Part shown: positions 19,101 through 27,900 of the stretch, piece after piece
Layout: each line of letters opens with the position of its first letter
Numbering within the stretch: the stretch's first letter is position 1
Sequence record: PX021331.1
DNA length: 62,144 nt
Source of the DNA: a phage
Strand: one strand, 5' to 3'
The notes under the pieces: model-generated
What the model saw: the letters and a program-made list of their open reading frames with translations, nothing else
Database searches by the model: none
What the model was told of the DNA's origin: nothing
Position numbers and translations under genes: made by a program

Positions 19101-19420
19101 CAACGATGACGGGTATGGCGCACGATGGTATCACAGAGATCCCGCAAGAAGGTACGTGGCTCCTTCAGAAAGGCGAACGTGTTCTGTCCGCACAGCAGAA
19201 CGCCGACTTTACGAACTATATGCGTAACGGTGGCGGTGGTGGTACTGCGGGCGCTGGTGGTGTTACTATACATCAAACAATCCAGGTCTCTGGTAACGGT
19301 GATAAAGCGCTTAGTGATGCAATGCAGCAGGCAGCGCGGGACGGTGCAGAACAAGGCTACAACAAAGTTCTAACCGATACCAAATCCCGCGGACCAGTTA
19401 GTCGCAGCATCGGGAGATAA
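16163..19420 (+). CDS. tape measure protein
   Basis: 1085 aa, Ala/Gln-rich helical, between chaperone and tip genes; Gly-rich segment near C-terminus. Confidence 0.85.
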   Translation: MADAADIVIRVRTDGVSGADAALRRLEQTGVRVETVSSRVENGFRRTAQSAEFFHQSVAAVNTVMTATAMLAYVGGLAKLSDAWTDVTNKLANANSAHESMAVIQERVFGIAQRTRTSLEGTSTLYARMERSLAQYGVTGKQVAQVTETINKSMIVSGATTAEATAAIIQFSQGLQSGVLRGDEFRSVMEQAPRLGKMIADGLGVGTAGLREMANNGKLTADVVINAISKAASTIDEEFGRTMPTFAQRWAMATNNVERFAGTSVQVQTLVKAMGDGVEFLSNNLNGLSTIITGVAAVLGGRMLTALAGQVAAMIQYNAVQASSSRLNIATIDALTRSSVARYNEAQATLQQVAAERTRIQAALAANQQYYKGIATTNALMQNTRQAREATVAATAAQAAMSTAMGTAATASRVLTIGLTGLRTVIGVMGGPLGLVLLAATAWYTYSQNAKQAVQDSKELASSQEDLKTKLEGLNLVQQRALEVQLQRAQVTLADQIKEEQNALAELNNRLSTTNTVMENNKEGTDAWNSAYEAHKQLAGDVAIKQAELSGLQEKAAQVQSNLTTVQDNLRAAVMGLTGAIVAQNQAMNINISAAAGRSKELQSALQAQNAEMDIANLRLSGNARGASILQDAQNRLGKQYGVNEKFIKNYISGHRDATAVLSDEQQGLVDFLDAAGKAYDAQEQLRQNKKDDAQAKRDAKAAASYAEQWDKAYERVEARGATGIQRLKIQQDAEIRIIKDKAAKANATEEELQNALNAIDQKYARQRADLAGQYKPGAQMVREWQIAQQELKELREGGLLDEEQYNTARLNLASEYYQKRAEMQTLNPEGRAEDMKRSELDALQAQYDTQMVMAEGNEQQLTAIKENYERQRYEIQLKYAQQQAVAQNQTTMSYINSVSTMADSMATILAAAGDKSSAAYKTMFALSKAFAIANATLNLTTAISQAMAAPDALSPVQKFANMAAIAAAGGALVSQIAGATMTGMAHDGITEIPQEGTWLLQKGERVLSAQQNADFTNYMRNGGGGGTAGAGGVTIHQTIQVSGNGDKALSDAMQQAARDGAEQGYNKVLTDTKSRGPVSRSIGR

Positions 19421-19422
19421 TT

Positions 19423-20016
19423 ATGGCGGACATTCTTACTTGGCCGGAGGGGTTATACCCCTCTACATTTAAATGGACTCTGAAGTCCAATGGGACATCA
19501 TTTACCAGTCCATTCACAGGCTCAACGCAGACTGTCCGCTGGGTAGGTTCTTCCTGGAGAGCTACCCTCACAATGGACAGACTGGACGAACTGGAAGCTA
19601 TTGCAATGGAAGCTCTCCTGTTTGAAATGGACGGTATTGCAGGTCGTGTGAAGCTGTACGACTTCGGACGGACGCCTAATGTGGTCAGGGGCACACCTCG
19701 CGTTAACGGTGCTAACGTGCTGGGAACTACAATACCGACTGACGGTTGGACTCCTAGCGTTAAGGTTCTTAAGAAAGGTGACTACTTTACCGTGAACAAC
19801 GAGTTGAAGTATGTACTGGCGGACGTAATGTCTAACGCAAGCGGTCAAGCGACTGTTAAGTTTGCACCTCAGCTCCGCGTAGCACCTCCGGACAATGCGT
19901 TGCTGGAGGTTGCGAAACCTTATGCAATCTTCCGTCTTGCAGATAACGAGAACGGTGTGGACCGCAAACCAGCGTTCGATAATGGCTTCTCCCTTGACTT
20001 CATTGAGGCCTTCTAA
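19423..20016 (+). CDS. minor tail protein (lambda M/L region equivalent)
   Basis: 197-aa ORF immediately after tape measure. Confidence 0.6.
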   Translation: MADILTWPEGLYPSTFKWTLKSNGTSFTSPFTGSTQTVRWVGSSWRATLTMDRLDELEAIAMEALLFEMDGIAGRVKLYDFGRTPNVVRGTPRVNGANVLGTTIPTDGWTPSVKVLKKGDYFTVNNELKYVLADVMSNASGQATVKFAPQLRVAPPDNALLEVAKPYAIFRLADNENGVDRKPAFDNGFSLDFIEAF

Positions 20017-20603
20017 TGCTTATTAACCCATTCTCTCAAACGGTAGCGCAAGCAATGATGAGTGATCATCTTGACCTGCTTATCGCTGCTGAACTTGACT
20101 TTGAATCTGGTGTTACCCGTGTGCATAGTGGGACGGGTAACTTCACCATCGCTGGGAATAACTTCATCGGTGTCGGTGCGCTGGGTAGCGTGTCTGAAGT
20201 GAAAGAGCAGAACACTACCAGCCCAACACAGCTCAACTTGACATTGGGCGGGTTGGATACTGCATTGCTGGGTACTGTATTGAATGAGAACTGCGTCGGT
20301 CGCTTCGGTTCGCTCTACATTGGGGTACTAAACGAGAAGGGCGAACTCATTGACTATGACGTGCTGTTTCGTGGTAAAATCAGATCCACGACGTTGGTAA
20401 CGGGTACTAAGGGCGCTATCAACTTAACGCTGTCAAACATCTTTGAGGATTGGTCACGTGGGAAGAGCTGGCGCTACACTGATGAATCCCAACGGAAGCG
20501 TAATGGGGACGATAGAATTTTCCGTTATGTACCACAAATGGCTGACAGAAGCATATATTGGGGATCTAAGAAAGACGCCCCTCCATTCAGGTACATCCGA
20601 TGA
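20016..20603 (+). CDS. minor tail protein
   Basis: 195-aa ORF, overlapping start/stop with neighbours. Confidence 0.6.
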   Translation: MLINPFSQTVAQAMMSDHLDLLIAAELDFESGVTRVHSGTGNFTIAGNNFIGVGALGSVSEVKEQNTTSPTQLNLTLGGLDTALLGTVLNENCVGRFGSLYIGVLNEKGELIDYDVLFRGKIRSTTLVTGTKGAINLTLSNIFEDWSRGKSWRYTDESQRKRNGDDRIFRYVPQMADRSIYWGSKKDAPPFRYIR

Positions 20604-21007
20604 AGAAATTAAACTGGTCAGTAGCGTTCATTCAATTCACACAAACGAACCGCTCGACCCCGTTTGCATGGGGCTCGAACGATTGCGTGATGTTTGCAGC
20701 AGACGCCGTGAAGCTAATGACGGATGTGGATCCTGCGAGGGACTCTCGTGGGAAATATAAAACGGAAACTGGCGCGAAGCGTCATCTGGCTTCGAAATAC
20801 GGCGATCTCTATAAAGCGTGGGATTCGCAACTGGAGCGACTCGAAACTATTCACTTTGTGCAAAACGGTGACGTTGTTCTGTTTGATGGCGCTCTGGGCC
20901 TTACTAGTGGCATTTATTGGAATGGTGGCGTCTTCGCTCCTACATTAGAGGGCGTTCGCTTTATGGATGAGATGCACAATTCGCTCTTAGCGGCGTGGAG
21001 GGTCTAA
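20600..21007 (+). CDS. tail tip assembly protein (lambda K-like position; possible Cys-His peptidase-like)
   Basis: 135 aa; conserved-looking Cys in WGSNDCVMFA; sits just upstream of the J-like protein. Confidence 0.5.
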   Translation: MKKLNWSVAFIQFTQTNRSTPFAWGSNDCVMFAADAVKLMTDVDPARDSRGKYKTETGAKRHLASKYGDLYKAWDSQLERLETIHFVQNGDVVLFDGALGLTSGIYWNGGVFAPTLEGVRFMDEMHNSLLAAWRV

Positions 21008-21010
21008 GCA

Positions 21011-24000
21011 ATGCCACCAGCAATAATTGCAGTCGGTATCGGCCTTGCAGCGTCCGCAGCAGCGGCAGCAGGTTACATCGCTGTATCCGTTGCGCTTGCT
21101 ATTACTATCGGCGCATCCATTGCGGGCGCGTTGTTGACTAAAGCTCCAGCCTTTGGCGGGTACACTTCACAACAAGAACGTAAGCAGGTGCTCCGAACGA
21201 GTACCGCACCCGCCGTGACCATATACGGACGCAGTGTGGTCTCTGGCTTGCTGTTCTTTGCAGAGGAAGAAGCTGGGGACAGTGAAAAGGAATGGGTTCA
21301 CCTTGCTATTTGTCTTGCTGACCACGCTATAGAGGAAGTTGAAAAGGTGTGGCTCGGTGACGACCTCATTGAAGCATATGGTGATCTCGCTCAATACCAG
21401 ATTCATAGTGCTCGCACAACTGTAGACCCGTTTATGCGGTCTAAATGCTCGTCCTGGAAGGATGACATGATTGGCCGTAACATTACGTGGGCGCGTGTGT
21501 CCCTGAAGTTCAATCAGGACAAGTTCCCAGCAGGTCTGCCGAACATTAAGTTCCAGATCAAAGGTAAGCGCGTCTATGACCCGCGCAACGGTTCGACCGC
21601 ATGGAGCAATAACGCCGCGCTCTGCATCCTGGACTACTACCGCACTCACTTGCAGGTTCCTGACACCGATATCAACATGGATATGTTTATCCAGGCTGCT
21701 AACGTGTGCGACCAGAACATGAACGATGGCGGTGGTGCTCGTAAGCGTTACACCCTTAACGGTACGTTCGACGCAGACGAGTCTCAGGCTACCGTACTGG
21801 ACGAGCTTCACAAGGCGTGCGCGGGTGAACCTACCTACATGGCGGGCAAACACGGGATCCTGGCTGGTGCGTACTACGGGCCAGCAACTATGGAACTGCA
21901 TTCCTCGCAGATCATTGACGATGTAACCATTACCCCTGAAGCGTCATTTGGCGAGAAGCTGAATATCGTTACAGGTACGTTCCTGGACCCTCAACAGCAG
22001 TACACCGAAGTAGATTACCCGCCTGTAACAGTGCAAGCGTATATCGACGCTGATGGTGGGGAGTACAGCGACGACCTGAAACTCCGCTTTGTTGACAACG
22101 AGTACCAGGCGCAACAACTTGCACAGATCAAGATCAACCGAACCCGTGTCGGTCGTACTGTTAAGTGCAAAGTAAACCTTTCAGGGTACAGCTACCGCCC
22201 AGGTTATTATGTCAATCTGTTCATCCCCGAGATGGGAATCAATGGCGTTGAACATAGGATAACCGAATGGAGCATCGCAGCAACAGAAGGCGTTGAGCTT
22301 ACCCTGCGTCAAGAGACTCCTGCTGTATGGGGTGACGCAATTGGTAAGCCTATCGAACGTCCGGATATTACTGACTTCCCGTCTGTTGGCGTGGCGCAGC
22401 CTGCGAACCTTGCGTTTACCCCTACAACGATTGGCGACGTTGTCCAAGGTATCTTCAGCTGGACCAACACGGGTCTTTATACTTATAACTTAGTTTACGT
22501 CCGCAAGGACGGCAACCTGATTCGCACTATGCAGGTGCCGGGGCAAAACACCCCGCTGAATGGGCTGCCCCGTGGGGACTACGTGCTCGGCGTAGCCGCT
22601 GTTGGCCCAATGGGGAACCGTAGTGCGGAAGCAACGTTGCCCGTGACCATAGCGGCCCCTGCTGCCCCTACGGGGTGCGACATTATCCAGCAGTTCTTCG
22701 GGTTTACGTTGAAGCCAAGAACGGGTGAGCTGTATAATGTGAACACTCAGTTCGACTTCTGGACGTCAGGTGAGACCCGTCTACCTAACAGCGCGACCGC
22801 AACCGTGGAGCAGTATGCAACACGTAAAGGTCTTGGCCGTCAGATGGCAGACTCAGACCTGAAGAACAATCACACTTATTACTGGTACATCCGCGCCGTT
22901 AACATTTACGGCATGTCCGAGTTCCTGGAAGTAGCTGCATTGTGCTTCACGGAGATTGGCGACCTGATGGACCAAATTGATCAAAACTTCCACAACACGA
23001 CCGCTTATAAAGACCTGTTCAAGCCTATCGAAATGAACTACCTGGCTATCCTCCAGGCTGCGGCGGCAGTGGGTGCGGACGTTGATCACCAGTTCAAACA
23101 GCAGGGTGAATTCCGTGCAGATGTGCTTACCATTAAGACAACGATTGTTGACCAGGATAAAGCACTTGCGGAACTCAACCAGCAGGTAATCGCAGCAGGT
23201 AAAGCTATTGATGAAGTAACCGGCGACGTTATCGACCTGACCTCCACTGTGAGCCAGAAGATGACAAGTGTGGTCTACAGCAATGGCACCGCGAAAGCTA
23301 GTTACGTGCTGAACCTCGGTATCAACCGTGGCGGTGTGTACTACAGCGCAGGGATGGCGATTGCAATCGAGCCTTACAACGGTACGTATCGTTCAACAAC
23401 GCTGTTCAAAGCGGATAGCTTTGGTTTCTACAGTGGCAGCGATCCTGGCGGTTATAAGTTAGCACTGGCAATCTATAACGGGCAAGTGTTTATCGCGGAT
23501 GCAATGATCCGTGACGCTTCCATTACGAACGCTAAGATCGGCAACCAGATTCAGTCTAACAACTGGAACGGTTCCACTGTAGGTTGGATGATTAATAAAG
23601 ACGGTACTGCGTACTTCAACAACGTTGTAGTCCGTGGCACCATCTATGCCAACTATGGTGAACTCAATAACGTTGTGATCCGTGAGAACTGTACTATTCT
23701 GGGCACCCTGAGCGCCAAGAATATCCGCGGTAACTTGGCGGACGTTAAGGTTGTGGATATTAACGGTTTGCCCAATAATGAAAGCCACCAGTGGAACTAT
23801 TATTTCACGCTGAACCCGGATCCAGAGAACGAACGTGTTCTGTATATTACTGTTCCAATGACTGCTAAAGGTTATTACAGCGTAGGGAACAACCATGATA
23901 CATCTGGTTCTGCTTCGATTTGGTTACGTCTCTATATTAATGGAGTGCAGCAACCAGAACGCCAAGTCTCATCCGGTAGTAACGGATCTGACTCAAGCAC

Positions 24001-24151
24001 TGTTGCAGCGTATGCAGTTAACGTCGGTGTCAACCAGACTATACAGATACGTTTCCAGATTTATAAATGGGTCTACGGTCGTGGGGCAGCCGCAATCATT
24101 GAACCGGCGTCTATGCTTGTAACGGCCCGCGCCAACTCTAAATGGCAATGA
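21011..24151 (+). CDS. tip attachment / host-specificity protein (lambda gpJ-like)
   Basis: 1046 aa; segments PVTIAAPAAP...FDFWTSGE...YYWYIRAVNIYGMSEFLE and NVVIRENCTILGTLSAKNIRG match, by eye, lambda J (RIAAPAAPS...FEFWFSEKQ...YYFYIRSVNTVGKSAFVE; NVTIAENCTINGTLRAEKIVG). N-terminal 45 aa is a Gly/Ala-rich hydrophobic segment. Confidence 0.8.
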   Translation: MPPAIIAVGIGLAASAAAAAGYIAVSVALAITIGASIAGALLTKAPAFGGYTSQQERKQVLRTSTAPAVTIYGRSVVSGLLFFAEEEAGDSEKEWVHLAICLADHAIEEVEKVWLGDDLIEAYGDLAQYQIHSARTTVDPFMRSKCSSWKDDMIGRNITWARVSLKFNQDKFPAGLPNIKFQIKGKRVYDPRNGSTAWSNNAALCILDYYRTHLQVPDTDINMDMFIQAANVCDQNMNDGGGARKRYTLNGTFDADESQATVLDELHKACAGEPTYMAGKHGILAGAYYGPATMELHSSQIIDDVTITPEASFGEKLNIVTGTFLDPQQQYTEVDYPPVTVQAYIDADGGEYSDDLKLRFVDNEYQAQQLAQIKINRTRVGRTVKCKVNLSGYSYRPGYYVNLFIPEMGINGVEHRITEWSIAATEGVELTLRQETPAVWGDAIGKPIERPDITDFPSVGVAQPANLAFTPTTIGDVVQGIFSWTNTGLYTYNLVYVRKDGNLIRTMQVPGQNTPLNGLPRGDYVLGVAAVGPMGNRSAEATLPVTIAAPAAPTGCDIIQQFFGFTLKPRTGELYNVNTQFDFWTSGETRLPNSATATVEQYATRKGLGRQMADSDLKNNHTYYWYIRAVNIYGMSEFLEVAALCFTEIGDLMDQIDQNFHNTTAYKDLFKPIEMNYLAILQAAAAVGADVDHQFKQQGEFRADVLTIKTTIVDQDKALAELNQQVIAAGKAIDEVTGDVIDLTSTVSQKMTSVVYSNGTAKASYVLNLGINRGGVYYSAGMAIAIEPYNGTYRSTTLFKADSFGFYSGSDPGGYKLALAIYNGQVFIADAMIRDASITNAKIGNQIQSNNWNGSTVGWMINKDGTAYFNNVVVRGTIYANYGELNNVVIRENCTILGTLSAKNIRGNLADVKVVDINGLPNNESHQWNYYFTLNPDPENERVLYITVPMTAKGYYSVGNNHDTSGSASIWLRLYINGVQQPERQVSSGSNGSDSSTVAAYAVNVGVNQTIQIRFQIYKWVYGRGAAAIIEPASMLVTARANSKWQ

Positions 24152-24161
24152 GGATAAGAAC

Positions 24162-24947
24162 ATGCCAGCAGGAACAATATTACTGACAGAAAACTCTACG
24201 GCGGTTCTTGGTGCGGGTACAACCTTCACGACTGACGTCGTAGCAGGTAACGTCATTGCAGCAACCGCCAACGGTATTACCTACGCGCTACAGGTTAAAA
24301 GCGTAACGTCGAACACTGCCTTAGTTCTGGAGAAGCCCTACGTGGGCTTCACCGCTTCTAACCTTGCTTATAACGTCATGCCTGCGAGCCTGCTTATGCA
24401 GGTTCCCGCGCAACTGTCTTACGACGTTCAATATCTCATGCGTGCATTTATTTATGAGAAGGACGCATGGACTAAACTGTTAACTGAGTCACAGAACGAA
24501 GTTACCATTAAAGCACCTGACGGGACTGAAGTAAAAGGTCCAACGTGGAAGTATCTGGTAGAGCTTGTTGAGCAGGCGACCAGCGTTGATCCTAACCCGC
24601 CACCGACTACTGCATTCGGCTTGTATAAGGCCAGGGCGTTGTCGGTGACCACAACGGCAGCTCTTGATCTGAGCCTTGCTTCCTCGTGGGTATTGACCCT
24701 CAACTCCCCTAACTGTACAATTTCGTTCAGTAAGCCGAGTACGCTCACCGATGTCACGCAAGAGATTTCTATTAAGCTCAAGCAGGGTAACGGGACGAAC
24801 AAGGTTACATGGCCGAGCAATATTAAATGGCCAAACGGGATCCCTCCGACTCTGTCTTACACAGCAAACAAGATCGATGTGATCACGCTGGTAAGCGACG
24901 ACAAGGGTGTCACATGGTATGGGTTCTTTGCTGGAGCTTCCTTCTAA
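24162..24947 (+). CDS. tail/fibre-associated protein
   Basis: 261-aa ORF between J-like protein and large fibre. Confidence 0.6.
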   Translation: MPAGTILLTENSTAVLGAGTTFTTDVVAGNVIAATANGITYALQVKSVTSNTALVLEKPYVGFTASNLAYNVMPASLLMQVPAQLSYDVQYLMRAFIYEKDAWTKLLTESQNEVTIKAPDGTEVKGPTWKYLVELVEQATSVDPNPPPTTAFGLYKARALSVTTTAALDLSLASSWVLTLNSPNCTISFSKPSTLTDVTQEISIKLKQGNGTNKVTWPSNIKWPNGIPPTLSYTANKIDVITLVSDDKGVTWYGFFAGASF

Positions 24948-27900
24948 TGAATATACAACTGCTCGCGACGCGACGCAGTGCCATCACGCAGGCCATAGCG
25001 CTTGCGTATGGTCACGAGGACTTTTTGCAGCGTAATACAGGGCTGACGATTGACGCACACGTCCAGCACTATCTCATCAACCCTGACGGGGTGTTGTCTA
25101 ACAACCGTCACTTCATTGCGGACACGATGGCCGAGTACCAGCCTAACGGCGACGGTACTACGGAAGGGCAGGCTCTGCTGATCATCGGTCACTGCCATAT
25201 GTATCTGGCGACCAAAGATGAAACGTTCCTTAACCTTGCGAAGCAAGCCTGGGACGCTTACATCAACTATTTCTATGCTGGGCAAGCGATACCAACTACG
25301 CCGCAACGCTTCATCTGCAACTGGCTGGTAAACAGCAAAGAGCCGGTGTTGGCTAACTACCCCGTAAACCCCACAGAACCGACGCAGGGCGGTTTTAAGA
25401 GCGTACCCCTCGTCTTTATTAACGGTACGGCGCAAATCCCCCACGGTGCCCCGTTTTGGGGCGAATATTTGGACACTGCAACCATTGCACACCGCGGCCA
25501 TATGACGTGGGAAGCAATCAACGCATCTGTTCAAAAGATCAAGGAAGACGTGGACGGCCTTATTGACTGGAACGTCGTGTACAACAACTGGCGCATCACA
25601 ACGGGTGTGACAGAACCGTGGAACTCACAGGCGTGGATCAATTGGGTGGGCTACCTGGGCGACACTTATACTCCGGTATGGGGTGGCACTGACCCGAAAG
25701 CTAAAGAGTATCCAGTAGAGACCATCGTTGCATGGACTGGTAACAAAATCGATCCTGACTCTGGTGATATTATACAGAGCGGTTTACCGGAAGCCGATAA
25801 AGGTAAGATCGTGCTCCGCGACAAGACCATCAACGGGGTATGGCTGTTCAACTACGCGACTAAGAACCCTGTAAGCGCAGGCGGTTACTTGTTCGCACGT
25901 AATGAACCGTGGCACAACCGCCCAGTCCATACCCCGTTCATGGCGCTCAAGAATAACCCGCCAAGCTATAACCAGCTAGGCAACGCAGCGGACGCTGAAT
26001 TGTGGTTTATTGACGCCTGTTACCTGCTTTGGCGTATTACTGGTGAGACTAAGTACAAGCGAGCGCTCGATTGCTGCTTCTACACCGCTCACGAATACAC
26101 CTATATCGACTCAACGGATAAATATTTCCGTCAGAGTAAGGCAGCTACTACCCCATTCACGGATGGTATCTCGTACGACTTTACTTATCCGAACACCACA
26201 CTGATCGAGTACGGTCGTGACGCGAACGGTTACATCACTGTCGCAGCTAATGCTGAATCACAGCACTTCCTGGAGCAGCAATCCGTCTGGTTCCGTGTTG
26301 ACCAGAACGCAAAACTGCGAACTGTCTACGGTGGGCTGGGTAACGCTGGGGCGCTGGTAGGTTGCAAGGTTATGCTCGACGTTAGTGCGACTAAGACTGA
26401 GGTCACGAACCCTACATGGTACGGGATTTCACTTCCTAAGTCCTCCAGCATGACACCAGTTCAACGCGACGTGTCTATCACTTCGCTTGCACTGATGACT
26501 AACCCTATCACGAACGACGACTACCTCGTAGCTGACGCACGCGCTGCAACCGATTACGGTGGATGTGTATGGGTTGAAGCATTCGAGAGCGGTGTTAACG
26601 GTGACCGTGAAGGAACCATCATTAAAGCAACCTTCCCGAACGAAGATGCTGGTTTCATTATCGGGTTCTGGCTAACTCAGGACGAACTGGTGAACCCTGT
26701 CTCCATTACCTATCGCGCGGATGCACAGTTCAACATGCGTGTAACGGATGACAATCTGTGGCGCTGGTATTGGATGCTACCTGCAACGAACGGTCAATGG
26801 GCGACCGTGTCCGTCAGTAAAGCGAGCGCAACGCTGTCAGGCTACCAGCCGGATCACCCTACTGATCCAGCACCGAGCGCACCAGCTTACAGCCGACTGA
26901 CGCAGATTACAATCGTGCAGGACGGTAACGTAGCGAACGCGCATTTCGATTACTACTGCGTTAACGATATTCCACCTCTGTTTAATATCTCCAATGGTTG
27001 GACGATGACGTATCGTATGATGCTCAACTCCAGCGAACCGTGGAAAGCAGTGGTTGGCGACTGTACGATTATTGATTACCGTCTGGACTCCCTTGCGTAT
27101 ACGCCTGGAACCATACCGTTCTCAAACATCTACTCAGAAGGGTCAGACCAGATTGGCGCTTGGCATGGTATGCCTTACCCTGGCTATCAATACCCGTTCA
27201 TGTACACCATTCACAAGCATCCGGAGAACTATGCCTGGTGGTTCCAGAACCAGATAGACTTCATGTTTGAGAGCCAGGCGGCGTATGCAAGCAAGGTAGG
27301 CCAGCTGGGCCCAGGGTGTGCCGCTTACATCTGGAACCGTTGGGATAACTATAAATACGGAAAAGCGGATACGTGGGTCAACTACCATTGGGGCGACGGG
27401 CACCCGTGGGCCGGCTACCAGCCGCGCGCATACAACGCCGCTGCTCGTGCATGGTACGAGCTCAAAGTCCGCGGACAAGCCGTACCAGTGCGCCTACAGC
27501 AGTACGTAGAAAACTGGGCTGTATGGCTGGTAGACTTTGCACGCCGTTACCCTGGCAAAACGCCTAACGACTTCCCGTCCGGTGACGTTCCTGCTGTATG
27601 GGTGGCAGACGATTTCACCGCTCACATGTGTGCATTGTGGTTAGCAGGTAGCGCCTTTGCACTTATGGCAGGTTGCGAGGTCGAAGGGCTGGAGCAGCTT
27701 TGCGAATATGCAGTTAAAGAACTAAGTGAAGGGTACACCGTAACCAGCACACCAGGCGCAGGGATCAACGGTGCATGGTCACCAGCAGCGCGTGAAGGTA
27801 CGGACAATGGTATGGCCTTCGGGTTCTACACTGGTGAGATTTACCGTGGGCTGGGCATGTACATGATGTACAAAGAGTTCGGTCCTGGTTATAACATCTA

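Noticed and set aside
18179-19354. 391-aa minus-strand ORF (and several smaller antisense ORFs) inside the tape measure gene
   Set aside because: Antisense to a well-supported 1085-aa gene, Cys/Arg/Leu-rich junk composition, no SD; typical shadow ORF.
24827-24946. Upstream extension of the large fibre gene
   Set aside because: It would overlap the preceding gene by 120 nt in another frame; the ATG at 24947 overlaps the upstream stop (TAATG) and is the natural coupled start.
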